The notes beneath the pieces were generated by a model. The model ran no database searches. It worked only from the letters and a program-made list of their open reading frames with translations, and was not told where the DNA came from. Shown here in pieces: positions 39,101 through 48,924 of a stretch of 64,000 bases of DNA. The stretch is from Cyanobacteria bacterium P01_A01_bin.123. Its GTDB lineage: Bacteria; Cyanobacteriota; Cyanobacteriia; Phormidesmidales; Phormidesmidaceae. The position numbers and the translations under genes were made by a program. The stretch lies in NCBI GenBank assembly GCA_039815185.1, contig JBCBZT010000006.1:152239-216238 (forward strand), read 5' to 3'. How positions within the stretch are numbered: position 1 is the first letter of the stretch; each line of letters begins with the position of its first letter.

Positions 39101-41670
39101 TCGGTGTCGATAGTTTCAGCGGGCGCATCACCTACGTAAACGGCACCGCAATGTTAACCGGTGGTAACGCCCAACGAGGGGAGAGTCAATATCTGCTAAC
39201 CGGGCGGTTTACCCCAGGCCCAGATCCTGAAATCGTAGGCCAGCTCGACGTCTTAGAAGGACGTATTCAAGACCTGTTGGAAATTTTCCAAATCTTCCAA
39301 CTCAGTGACTTTGCTCGGGGGCTCAACCCACCCCCTTGGCTTGATCTCAGCCCTGAACAAATTCAGACTATCCTAGCTACGACACCGACGGGTGACCCAG
39401 ATGAAACCCTACTGAACCAAATCCGCCGCCTTTCTGAAATTCTGGTGAGCCAGCGCATCGCCGAAGCAGAGGTAGATCAAGCTCCCCTGCCTCCCCTGAG
39501 TGAACTCGAAGGCAGCTTTACAGGCAGCGTTGGACTTAACGGCACGCTGCGGTCTGGCTTTAATGTTGACTTTGATCTGGCTGGGCAAGACTGGCATTGG
39601 GGTGATGACTTCGAAGCCGAACAGGTCACTGCCATGGGCGACTATAGCAAAGGGATTTTGACCCTACGCCCGCTCCGGTTAGCCTCTGCTAATTCAGAAC
39701 AGCCAATAGTCCTGAGTGCGATTGGTGACATTGCTCTATTTCCCGAAGGCGAAGACCGTAGAACCCTCCAAGTCACGGCTCAAAATATTCCCATCCAGCC
39801 GATCCAAGAAATTGCTCGCCTTCCCATTGATATTTCAGGTCGCCTCAATGGTCGAGCCCAGTTGACGGGTAACCTAGCTGAACCGCAAATTCGGGGTAGC
39901 GTTACCGTTGATGACGCCACCGTTAATCAGAGCGATGTGCGATCAGCCAGGGCACAATTTTCGTACAATCGGGCGCGCTTTAACTTACTCAGTGAGCTCT
40001 TGGTGACCGAAGAAGACGAACCTCTAACACTATCGGCTAGCATCCCCTACTACTTACCCTTTATGGAAGTGCGGCCTGAATCTGACGCTTTCAACGCCTC
40101 AGTCAGGGTGCGTAATGAAGGGTTGGCTTTAATCAATATTTTCACCAATCAGATTGCTTGGCAGGCAGGCAACGTGGCTGTGAATGCCCAGTTGGTCGGA
40201 CGCTGGCAACAAGCAGCAGGGATCCGCCCAGAGGTTAGAATCCAGGGCAGCGCTATCTTTGACAATGCCACATTTTCACTACAAGCCCTATCGGAAGATC
40301 TCACCGACATTGACGGTACGGTATCGTTCCAAGACGATCGCATTGTGGTGCAAGATCTAGAGGGTCAATTTAGCGAGGGTCGGATTGAGGCCAGAGGTAC
40401 CTTCCCGCTGCTCATGCCATTGCCAACACCTGAAGCCAGTGACCCAGCCACAGAAGCAGAAATAGAAGCGTCAGAAGACATATTCTTGCCTGATGTTGCT
40501 GCCGACGAAGACACCCCTTTGCTTGCAGATGCCGATCCATCTGAACCCTTGAAAGTTGCCCTGAGTCAAATTGATCTGGTGCTTGAAGACCTCTATGAAG
40601 GACAGGTAGATGGGTTACTGACCATCGGCGGCAGCGGATTTGTTGGCCCCCAGCTGAGTGGCGAAATTGACTTGTCTAATGGGCAAGTTTTTCTGACTGG
40701 ATCGGGCAATGGTGACAGCGAAAACGCGGATGCAGATGTTGTCAATGGCAACAATGGGGGAACAAACATGGCTGCTTATCCCATTGGGTTGCTAGACTTA
40801 GCCCTCGATTTAGACCGCAATATCCAAGTCATTCAACCCGGTTTATTTACGCTAGGGGCTCAGGGCACTTTAACCCTGAATGGGACTTTGGATGATTTAG
40901 AGCCTACAGGTCGCATTGACATTACTTCAGGGCGGGTTTCCTTACTGACAACCTCCTTCCGCCTCGAAGGTCGTGATAACTACGCCCAATTTTTCCCACC
41001 CACTGGCCTTAATCCATTGTTGAATATTTCCCTGCGCACCATTGTGCCTGACACGCAGAGTGGGGGCTCAGATCTAATTACCAGCAGTCCCTTTCCTCGA
41101 AATGAGATTCCTGACCAAGATCTAGAGGTCTTTAGCCTGAATCAGGGTTCGGTAGGAACGGTGCGCATCTTTGCTCAAGTTGAAGGCTATGCCAGCGATT
41201 TAGCTTCGCTTGATGGAATTACATTTACCAGTAATCCATCCCGATCAACGAATGAAATTTTGACGCTGCTGAGTGGCCCCTTCATCGCCGCCCTAGAATC
41301 GACAGTCACGAGTGCTGGCGGCAGTGGTGATGCCTTTGGCGGATTGTTGACTTTAGCAGGGAGTGCGCTGTTGACTCAGGTGCAGGATATCGTCGGCGAT
41401 GTCTTGCAGTTGAGTGAGTTTAGTCTATTCCCTGCAACGCCGCGATCAGCCCAGACTAGCGGTAATGCTTTAGACATTGGAACCGAAATCGGCTTTGACA
41501 TCAGCAATAGTTTTTCAGTGTCAATTCTGCAGATTTTGACTAACGGCACGCCACCCCAATTTAACCTGCGCTATCGCGTGAGCGACCAGTTTACGGTACG
41601 CGGTACAACGACCTATGAAGACTTCCGTGAACGGAGCGGTGTCATTCTAGAGTATGAAACACGTTTCTAG
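36196..41670 (+). CDS. tamB: Translocation/assembly module TamB (Tic236-like)
   Basis: N-terminal TM anchor, long beta-rich body, DUF490-like C-terminus ending EYETRF. Confidence 0.85.
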   Translation: MTNSPNGGRNSGRTERPRRRRFWVNTGLTAGAIAILGLAGGIWWGWVFVNNRLSPLVARLLTEFLDRPVEFGDVERVTLSSIRIGPSAIPATDTDPDEVFVESLDVRFNLFRSLFSRKLRLNVEVNGVTGYFEQDADGQWVDVEIDLPERDPDEEGFFQIKAGTIRFSDSEVVLIPYAESETPAESAIPEGTDPTAETGSEEAGSEKLSDVLDNSDGLATGLGTPVTLGAVEGQVSFTDLNLEEELGEGFDIETQQIDLDVTTKPGRGGDLTVKGAFLPIPKPEDDPAGEGSLQANLTVQSQDINIQDIVPLVLSLVPKVPVTITDVEGTLDGNVDITIHPDSPVTLQGTAQVNQAAVAMDLLPQAIEDINGTVRFKDTVLTLEDVVASYGDIDANGGGTLDYMGDYDLAATVDSFSIEQVVDTLDVDLPIPAEGLFTADVTVQGPLAQPEIAGTLESLGNTVIDQVAFADVSLDFAFANAQLIFESFSLIPTAGGSLVGRGQFTLGQPRTLFLQAEGRDLPADAIGRLYGLPETVTLGAVALDAEVSGPLDNLQGLVSWQAPNGDYPARGELALSGQQIDFRNTVVQVAGGLVRGEGTLANGLWNARVQGEGIQLGRFAANLQGSSAGGDVQLSGSLDDLSLGGIRGDGTVFAQIAGGEISGTANLANGLWRSNLQASGVQLNTFAQQLQGAASGDVQLSGSIDDLSLAGIRGEGDLALSQGLASFAGFAPELANVNSPLTAAVAWDGSQIQVQQADTAGISANGVIVPRLSGPGAPTIANLDLNLVVRDYDLAALPAPLPNSIMLRGRGDFTGRLQGSLATLSLDGDAQLTDLAVNDLAFEPQLSGPVAFTLGDRVAIDLTGNSDRLQVNYAFSDRALDFDIRTTAQNVRGETLEAIAIGNTDGDTLYAEIRNFPLSALNLPPDGVGGYGQVRGVVDQADLAINLANPSGLDFVGEVALSDPGLGYIGVDSFSGRITYVNGTAMLTGGNAQRGESQYLLTGRFTPGPDPEIVGQLDVLEGRIQDLLEIFQIFQLSDFARGLNPPPWLDLSPEQIQTILATTPTGDPDETLLNQIRRLSEILVSQRIAEAEVDQAPLPPLSELEGSFTGSVGLNGTLRSGFNVDFDLAGQDWHWGDDFEAEQVTAMGDYSKGILTLRPLRLASANSEQPIVLSAIGDIALFPEGEDRRTLQVTAQNIPIQPIQEIARLPIDISGRLNGRAQLTGNLAEPQIRGSVTVDDATVNQSDVRSARAQFSYNRARFNLLSELLVTEEDEPLTLSASIPYYLPFMEVRPESDAFNASVRVRNEGLALINIFTNQIAWQAGNVAVNAQLVGRWQQAAGIRPEVRIQGSAIFDNATFSLQALSEDLTDIDGTVSFQDDRIVVQDLEGQFSEGRIEARGTFPLLMPLPTPEASDPATEAEIEASEDIFLPDVAADEDTPLLADADPSEPLKVALSQIDLVLEDLYEGQVDGLLTIGGSGFVGPQLSGEIDLSNGQVFLTGSGNGDSENADADVVNGNNGGTNMAAYPIGLLDLALDLDRNIQVIQPGLFTLGAQGTLTLNGTLDDLEPTGRIDITSGRVSLLTTSFRLEGRDNYAQFFPPTGLNPLLNISLRTIVPDTQSGGSDLITSSPFPRNEIPDQDLEVFSLNQGSVGTVRIFAQVEGYASDLASLDGITFTSNPSRSTNEILTLLSGPFIAALESTVTSAGGSGDAFGGLLTLAGSALLTQVQDIVGDVLQLSEFSLFPATPRSAQTSGNALDIGTEIGFDISNSFSVSILQILTNGTPPQFNLRYRVSDQFTVRGTTTYEDFRERSGVILEYETRF

Positions 41671-41698
41671 GCCCATCCAGCGTTTCTAGCCCATCCAG
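41662..41698. repeat. 19/18-bp tandem duplication spanning the tamB stop
   Basis: CGTTTCTAGGCCCATCCAG / CGTTTCTAGCCCATCCAG. Confidence 0.85.
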
Positions 41699-41803
41699 TA
41701 AAATGGGAGATCGGTTTAACGAAACTGCCCCATTGCTCAATGCCTAGCTAGCGATGCAATTGGGCTATGGTTGTCCCGACTAATGGGTTGAGTGAATGAG
41801 ATT

Positions 41804-42430
41804 ATGACTTCTGAGCAGAATAATACCGTTGAGCAGGACGGGGCCCTGGCATCGCCATCACCTGCTGATGAAACTACGGTAGCCCCATTACCTCTATGGC
41901 AAAGGCTTTGGCAGCAGCATCGGGAAAATATCAAAGTTTTGGCGATCGCGTTGGTAATTGCTATTGTGATGCGTCTGTGGGTAGCTGAGCCTCGGTTTAT
42001 TCCGTCGGACTCGATGGAGCCAACCCTGCACATTGGCGATCGCTTAATTATTGAAAAACTCGCCTACTGGCTTGACTCACCCCAACGGGGAGATGTGGTT
42101 GTCTTTGAACCTCCACCCCAATTACAAGCCCAAGGCTATCGCCGCCAACAGGCTTTTATTAAGCGGGTCATTGCTCAACCGGGGGAAACGGTTGCCGTTC
42201 ATCAGGGGCAGGTCTACATCGATGGAGAACCGCTAGCTGAGCCTTATGTCTTAGAAGCCCCCCGATACGAACTCTTGCCTGTGCAAGTACCGCCCGACAC
42301 GCTATTTGTCATGGGCGATAACCGCAACAACAGCAATGATTCTCACGTTTGGGGATTTTTACCCATTCAGAATGTGATCGGCCATGCCCTATATCGCTTC
42401 TGGCCGCTCGATACCATAAGCTCGCTGTAG
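41804..42430 (+). CDS. lepB: Signal peptidase I
   Basis: IPSDSMEPTL, FIKRV, GDNRNNSNDS. Confidence 0.95.
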   Translation: MTSEQNNTVEQDGALASPSPADETTVAPLPLWQRLWQQHRENIKVLAIALVIAIVMRLWVAEPRFIPSDSMEPTLHIGDRLIIEKLAYWLDSPQRGDVVVFEPPPQLQAQGYRRQQAFIKRVIAQPGETVAVHQGQVYIDGEPLAEPYVLEAPRYELLPVQVPPDTLFVMGDNRNNSNDSHVWGFLPIQNVIGHALYRFWPLDTISSL

Positions 42431-42464
42431 GCTCCGTCAGCCCCCTGACTCGGGAGACTCGCTG

Positions 42465-43835
42465 CTAGTCATCACTGTCAGTACCAATGTCAGTACAAAG
42501 CTGATGCACAACTCGATCGAGGGCAACGGAACGGGAGGCTTTGAATAAGATGCGATCGCCGGCTTGCATCATTTCCTTCAATGCTTTGGCTAACACATCA
42601 TGGGTTTCAAACGTTTGCGCCGGAATCGATCCAGCCCCTTCAACAAGGGCTTGAGCTTCCGCTGGATCGGCCAGCACCAATAATTGGTCAAGGCCTAACG
42701 ATTTCACAACAGTACCAATATGGTGATGGAGGGCTAGAGAATGATCCCCGAGTTCCTTCATCGTACCGAGGACGGCAATGTGCCGCTGTCCCGGCAAGTC
42801 GGCTAGCAGCTTGAGGGCAGCAGTCATGGACTCGGCCCCAGCGTTGTAGGTCTCGTCCAACACCACCACATCATTAGGCAATTCAAGGCGATGGCCCCGT
42901 CCGGCGGGGAGATCAACAGCAATGCCTTTAGTCAGCACTGTCCAGTCGAGGTTGAGGGCTTGCATCACTGCGATCGCGGCCAGATAATTCAACGCATTAT
43001 GTTCTCCAGGTAGGGGTAGGGGTAACGACAGACCTTCAACCGTCAAGGTTTGCCCGTCAACGAGCCGTCCACAAACGTCTCCCCCATTGAGCCCAAAGGT
43101 GATTTGCTGCCCTCGCCAAACCGTAGCAGCAGTTTTCATCAGGCGATCGTTGTCATTGTTGAGTACTGCAATGCTGTTAGCAGGCATTTCTGCCAGGAGT
43201 TCGCATTTGGCCGCTGCGATCGCCTGTTCAGTGCCCAATCGGCCGATGTGGGCGGTTCCCACATTGGTGATAATGGCCACATTGGGTTGGGCAATTTGGC
43301 TGAGCAGGGCAATTTCCCCCCGGCCCCGCATTCCCATCTCTACCACCGCATAATCATGACTCGGTTCTAGGGAGAGTAGGGTTTTAGGAACGCCGATTTC
43401 GTTGTTGTAGTTGGCTCGGGTCTTCAATACATTGCCTTGGGAGGTTAAGGCCGCCGCCACAAATTCTTTGGTCGTGGTTTTACCAACGGAGCCCGTAATG
43501 GCTACCACGGTAGTCCCTAAGTAGTTTCGCCACCAGTGTGCCAGTTGTTGATAAGCATGGAGGGTGTCACCCACTTGCAAATAAGGTAGTCCTTTTGATA
43601 ACACTTGATCCGAACTGACAATTGCAGCTAGCGCGCCGCGATTGTGGGCAGCTTCAACAAAACGATGGCCGTCAAAGGTATCACCTTCCAAAGCTAAGAA
43701 AATCTCGTTTCGTTTGAGCTGCCGGGTATCCGTTGATACTCCAGAAGCCAGTTGGCTCAGGGTTTCTGCAGAAAGATTACGGGGGGTCGCCGCGATCGCT
43801 TTAGCAATTTGAGCTAATGTTGCACAGAGAGCCAT
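42465..43835 (-). CDS. murF: UDP-MurNAc-tripeptide--D-Ala-D-Ala ligase
   Basis: ITGSVGKTTTKE, NNEIGVP, EMGM, DETYNA, KASR. Confidence 0.95.
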   Translation of the reverse strand: MALCATLAQIAKAIAATPRNLSAETLSQLASGVSTDTRQLKRNEIFLALEGDTFDGHRFVEAAHNRGALAAIVSSDQVLSKGLPYLQVGDTLHAYQQLAHWWRNYLGTTVVAITGSVGKTTTKEFVAAALTSQGNVLKTRANYNNEIGVPKTLLSLEPSHDYAVVEMGMRGRGEIALLSQIAQPNVAIITNVGTAHIGRLGTEQAIAAAKCELLAEMPANSIAVLNNDNDRLMKTAATVWRGQQITFGLNGGDVCGRLVDGQTLTVEGLSLPLPLPGEHNALNYLAAIAVMQALNLDWTVLTKGIAVDLPAGRGHRLELPNDVVVLDETYNAGAESMTAALKLLADLPGQRHIAVLGTMKELGDHSLALHHHIGTVVKSLGLDQLLVLADPAEAQALVEGAGSIPAQTFETHDVLAKALKEMMQAGDRILFKASRSVALDRVVHQLCTDIGTDSDD

Positions 43836-44353
43836 TCGTTCAACTTTCCTGGTGTTTAAGGGTTTTGCTCCCTATTAAAACAGAGTGAGTGACCCCCCAG
43901 GGAATAAAAATAATGCCCACTCTGATCAAAAAGCACTTTTTCTAGTAGGCTTATGACGTAACGAAATGCTAAATCTCAAGGTAAATGTCCGGAAATCTAG
44001 AATCCCTGTGTGACAAGGTTTTTCTCAAATTCCGGCCCAGGTGGCCCATCAAAGTTTGATGAAACCTACAGAACCTTTACTGAGTCTTTAATGAAACAGG
44101 GCTTTAATGCAGCTACTTTAGTGGTTTTGCAGAGTAATTTAGAAGAGGATGACGTTAGATCTGTATAAAAGCTGACGTTTTGCAATGCTAAAAGACCCTT
44201 GAATGGAGAATAGCGGCATTGACTCAACCGATCAGCAGCACCAACGATAAGTTTATCGGTCACGGCATCAGCCTAGCTGTTCCAGGATATTCATTAAGCC
44301 GAGACAGCTGGCGTTGTAAGTTCCTAAAAAGGCGTTGCTTGAGATAATACTGG

Positions 44354-45652
44354 GTGATCATGGTGAGTAACTGGACAAGCCAGAGCAATCGATTTACGAC
44401 AACGGAAGAACAGCAGCTCTATGACCACTTACTACAGTGTGTCGAGCATGAAGCTCCCCAGCAGCTAATTGAGCGCTTCCAGGCTTTGTTTATTGATGGT
44501 GTTGGCTATGGCGATCGCGAGATGGTATCTGCCCTTGACCAGCTAGTGTCGAGCCGTAACATTGATGAGCATTTTCGCTTCATTATGAATCGGTGCTGTC
44601 ATATCTTGATTAACCGTTGGCAATCCCGGCGACAGCTTCAAACTGCAATTCCAGAGTTGATTGAGCTATTTGAGGTGGGGCCAACCCGCCACGTTCATGA
44701 GGTGTCTCGGGGACGCTCGATCCGTTCGTTACACGCTGTCGTTGAACAGTTCAAAGAGACCGAGCAATATGCAACCCTACGTCGCCTGGCTCAGGTGGTT
44801 AGCGAATCCCCTGACTACAATAATCCAGAAGGAACCCGTCCCTTGGGGACGTTAATCCGCCACTACCCTTACCTGTACGAACACTGCTTGGTGAGTGAAG
44901 ATAGCCCCAAGGAGCATCAGCGACACGTTCGTCGGATCCAACGGCGGGCTCAGCAAAAATTTGAAATCGATTTGTCTCACTATGTGACCTATCGGGTGCG
45001 GCGATCGCGGCTGCACAAGCAACAACCTGATTCTGGCCATAAAACCGTCAAACTATTACGCCCGGTGACCAACCCAACCCTCATGAGTGATCGGGACTTA
45101 GTCACGTCATTACAGCATTTTTCCTATACCAGCAGTGGGAACAGTTACCGCAGCTTTGCCAAGCGGTTTGAAGTTCAAAGCTGCCAAACCCCGATTCGCT
45201 ACAAGGCCTTCAAAGATAACCTATACGACTACATCACTGCGGGCATTGATCCTGAATATGGTCGGCGTCAATTCAATAACTTGCTGCACAATCATCTGAT
45301 TGATACCTATCCCAACAGCAATGACAAACTTCTAGATGACTTTTTGCTGGTCAGAACCTGTGGCCAGTTGTTTAACTTCTTAGTATTAGACTCCCAAAAA
45401 AATCCTGAACATTTCGTTTTTATTGACTTAATCAATAATTTGGGAGCTTTGTCTACCACTGGGCTACTTCTAAAGGTATTGCTGCTGTGTGGTAAGGTAC
45501 GCTCCTGTCTAGAACGGCGACTCTCGATCTTGTTTAACCATTACGAGTCGTCAACGCGAGATACGGTTAACTGGCTGGTGCAAGTGTTTGAAAACCTCAA
45601 CATCGCCTTGAGTCTAAATTTTGGCTCTGTAGATTTGTCCCATGTACTGTAG
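44354..45652 (+). CDS. Hypothetical helical protein
   Basis: 432-aa ORF with no motif I recognise. Confidence 0.7.
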   Translation: MIMVSNWTSQSNRFTTTEEQQLYDHLLQCVEHEAPQQLIERFQALFIDGVGYGDREMVSALDQLVSSRNIDEHFRFIMNRCCHILINRWQSRRQLQTAIPELIELFEVGPTRHVHEVSRGRSIRSLHAVVEQFKETEQYATLRRLAQVVSESPDYNNPEGTRPLGTLIRHYPYLYEHCLVSEDSPKEHQRHVRRIQRRAQQKFEIDLSHYVTYRVRRSRLHKQQPDSGHKTVKLLRPVTNPTLMSDRDLVTSLQHFSYTSSGNSYRSFAKRFEVQSCQTPIRYKAFKDNLYDYITAGIDPEYGRRQFNNLLHNHLIDTYPNSNDKLLDDFLLVRTCGQLFNFLVLDSQKNPEHFVFIDLINNLGALSTTGLLLKVLLLCGKVRSCLERRLSILFNHYESSTRDTVNWLVQVFENLNIALSLNFGSVDLSHVL

Positions 45653-45719
45653 GCTCAAAACTGATTTTTCCCTACTGGGTTCTGGGTTCTATCGGAATGA
45701 CTACTTTAATTAAGCAAAC

Positions 45720-45752
45720 GCCAAACGCCCAGCATTATGCTGGGCGTTTGGC
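45720..45752. terminator. Hairpin between convergent genes (likely bidirectional terminator)
   Basis: GCCAAACGCCCAGCA-TTA-TGCTGGGCGTTTGGC. Confidence 0.75.
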
Positions 45753-45771
45753 TTTCTGTAAAGGGTTCAGG

Positions 45772-47217
45772 CTAGGACTGACTGGCTAAATTGAGTCGAT
45801 CGCTGAGCTGCCTCAGGGTTTGGGCCATAGCCGGGTCACGCTTAATCAGCTGGGTAATTTTGTCACAGCTGTACATAACGGTAGTGTGATCTTTGCCGCC
45901 AAATTCCTCCCCGATTTTGGGCAGGCTCAGATCGGTATGCTGGCGCATCAAATACATGCCCACCTGTCGAGCCAAACTAATTTCACGACGGCGAGAACTG
46001 CTTTTGAGGTCATCAATCGCCACGTTAAAAGTTTCTGAAACGGTTGCCATTACAGAAGCAGGGGAAGCATCAACCTTCTCGATGGGGGCACTTAAAACGG
46101 GGCTAAGGTTTTCAACGGTCATCGGCAGACCGGAGATAGAGGTATAGGCGATCGCCCGAATTAGCGCTCCCTCCAGCTCCCGAATGTTAGAGGTATAGGT
46201 GGCCGCAATGTATTCAATCACAGTGCGTGGCAACCGCACATTTTCATACTCAGCCTTCTTTTGCAAAATAGCCATCCGAGTTTCTAGATCGGGAGGTTGG
46301 ATATCCGCAATTAACCCCATGGAAAAGCGAGAACATAACCGTTCCTGCAACCGAGGGATTTGGTTGGGGGGACGATCAGAGGCCAAGACAATTTGCTTAC
46401 CCGCTTCGTGGAGTGTATTAAATGTGTGGAAAAACTCTTCTTGAGTGTATTCTTTGCCCTCAATAAACTGGATGTCATCCACCAACAGGGTATCGACTGC
46501 GCGATAGTGCTCACGAAATCGCTGCATGCTATCGCGCCGGATTGCCGTAATCAAGTCATTCGTAAATTGTTCTGTCGATACATAAGCAATCCGGGCGCTA
46601 TTGTCGATTTCTGAGCGATAGTGACCAATTGCCTGCATCAGATGAGTTTTGCCCAGGCCAACCCCTCCACACAGAAATAGAGGATTAAACTCACGCCCAG
46701 GGGATTCGGCAACTGCTAGTGCCGCTGCATGGGCCATGCGGTTGTTGGCACCGACCACAAAGCGCGAAAAAACGGCTTTAGGGTTTAGATCTGAAGGTCG
46801 ATAACACCCCTGACTACTCGTCCCTGATGCAGTTCCTACGGCTGAATTAATCGGCTTAGGTACGGGGGGCTTGGGCCAGTTGAGGGTTTCTGGCGGGGGC
46901 GTAGCTGTCTCGGCAACAGGCAACAAGCCAAGTTCAGCAGTGCCATTAGCCGCAACCATGACTTGAATATCCAAACTCCGCCCTAAAACGTCATTCACGG
47001 CTTTGGCTATAGCGCCCACATAATGCTTTTGTAGCCAATTGCGCGCAAACGGATTAGGCGTCGCGATAATAATTGCCTGCTCTGTCACGTCGTGAACCCG
47101 CGCAGGCTTTATCCAGGTTTCAAAGGTTGGCCCGCTGAGTTCTTGCTTAAGCCGATCTAATACTTGACTCCAAAGCCCTTCTAAACCCTTCTCCACGGTC
47201 AACCTCCCCACATCCAT
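45772..47217 (-). CDS. dnaA: Chromosomal replication initiator DnaA
   Basis: [40 protein letters not shown]. Confidence 0.98.
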   Translation of the reverse strand: MDVGRLTVEKGLEGLWSQVLDRLKQELSGPTFETWIKPARVHDVTEQAIIIATPNPFARNWLQKHYVGAIAKAVNDVLGRSLDIQVMVAANGTAELGLLPVAETATPPPETLNWPKPPVPKPINSAVGTASGTSSQGCYRPSDLNPKAVFSRFVVGANNRMAHAAALAVAESPGREFNPLFLCGGVGLGKTHLMQAIGHYRSEIDNSARIAYVSTEQFTNDLITAIRRDSMQRFREHYRAVDTLLVDDIQFIEGKEYTQEEFFHTFNTLHEAGKQIVLASDRPPNQIPRLQERLCSRFSMGLIADIQPPDLETRMAILQKKAEYENVRLPRTVIEYIAATYTSNIRELEGALIRAIAYTSISGLPMTVENLSPVLSAPIEKVDASPASVMATVSETFNVAIDDLKSSSRRREISLARQVGMYLMRQHTDLSLPKIGEEFGGKDHTTVMYSCDKITQLIKRDPAMAQTLRQLSDRLNLASQS

Positions 47218-48316
47218 TGATCGTGAACACTCAATATCCAGCCCATCCAGAGGCCACCTAATCGCACTTTGCTCCTATTTTCTACCCGACCCAAGACCTG
47301 TATAGAAAGCAGGTTTCTCTCAGATTCCTTGGGGTTCTTTGGGGATAAAAGCTCAACTCATAAACTGAACCCATGAACGCAGATGTGACGCTAATCTTCA
47401 GAGTCACATGATGGCCGATAATTCTCCAGCCATTCCTAGCAAGCTACCACTGATGGAATTTTAGTAAATCGGCCAGCCTAGTGAGCCGTTTAAGCCAATC
47501 AAGCCTTGACTCACCGATAGGCAACGAATCGCGGGCACGAATTGCCCATCAACCAGTAATCCAGCCGCCCAGCTACCCATTTAGTAGATGCCGTTTAACT
47601 GAGTTACGCCTCGATCCAGTCTTATTTATACATGGCTTATGGCTATTTTGCAGCGATCACTCAGGCTTACTTATTTTCGTTAACCAACAGAGAACAGGAT
47701 CTACTAGGGTACTAGATGTGCAGGTGAAATCAACAATAAGATTCTAGGGATAGCGTTTTCTTCATCTTTCGGGGTTTGGCTTGAGCAAGCTCGTTGAGCA
47801 TTTTGCTAGCCACTGGCTCGATCCCTTAACCCGCTTTTCTGACGCTTTACCCAAATCAGCATTTTGCCGACTGCTCAAAAGCCACGGGGCTGGTGGCTAA
47901 TATCGCTGGGTCAGGTGGCTAAAACCATTATGCAACCCACAACGATACAAATTGCTATGGGGTTTTGTTAGTCGATCGCTTGCAATTTGTGCTAAAACCA
48001 GTCTATGCAGATACGTAACAGATAACCCTGGTTATTAATATCAAGGTTTCGTAAAGTTACGTGTTTACCTCAACCTCAATCTTTCTGATTCGGTGAGAAT
48101 ATCTAAATAAGCTTACTCATTTGACGCTGTAGTACTCGATCCCTAAATTTTAGAGCTTGTTTCAAATTGTTACAAATCGCTGACTTCATTGCTACCAGCA
48201 GCACTGAGGCCAGCGCTCTGTTAGGGTATTTATACATAGGTCTATCAGGAATTTTGAATCTACGCTTGTTTTATTCTTTAGCGTTTTGACAACCCAGTGT
48301 GCCCGGTGGTTTGACT

Positions 48317-48907
48317 ATGGACATCACAACCGATGCTCCGGAGAGGAGTTACATCAATGTTATGGAGATTCTAGTTGCTAAAGAAACCGAGCGGCAGCTA
48401 GAGCGTTTACCCCAACGGGTACTAAAGTATGTGAAGCAGATAGAGGTTGAGACCTTTGCCCTCAATCGGCTGCCTGCGCTTTATGCTTCAAGTGAGAAAG
48501 GGTGGGAGCATCAGTGCGAGAAAGCGCAGCACGAGTACCGAGACAGAATTACCCACGCTGTGAGGCAAGCTCTGGCGGCGGTTCAGGTGGATCCAATTCG
48601 TCTATCGAAACCCCTAGTTGTCCATCGGGATGGTGAATCTCAGGTGATTTTGCAAACCTTAAGGGACATGTTGCAGCAACCTGAACTGTCTTGGGATGGT
48701 GTTGTTCGTTGGATTAAACAGAGATTGAGGGGTAAGTCTGTAGCACAGCCCCAATCTCAAGGTGCAGATCATGAGTCAACTCAACATAACCACCACGATA
48801 AGCCCGCTTGGCGTCCAGGAACTTACGGCAGCAATGTAACTTGGCGCCCTAAACACAATTCAAGCACCCCAATCTATGGGTGGGATGATCCCCATTATCG
48901 TATCTAG
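48317..48907 (+). CDS. ComFB family protein (cyclic dinucleotide-binding family)
   Basis: NVMEILV, ALNRLPALYA. Confidence 0.8.
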   Translation: MDITTDAPERSYINVMEILVAKETERQLERLPQRVLKYVKQIEVETFALNRLPALYASSEKGWEHQCEKAQHEYRDRITHAVRQALAAVQVDPIRLSKPLVVHRDGESQVILQTLRDMLQQPELSWDGVVRWIKQRLRGKSVAQPQSQGADHESTQHNHHDKPAWRPGTYGSNVTWRPKHNSSTPIYGWDDPHYRI

Positions 48908-48924
48908 GCCGATAGGAAGAACGA

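Noticed and set aside
47218..48316. oriC; ORF 47481-47747
   Set aside because: No DnaA-box cluster seen; the ORF has no coding support.
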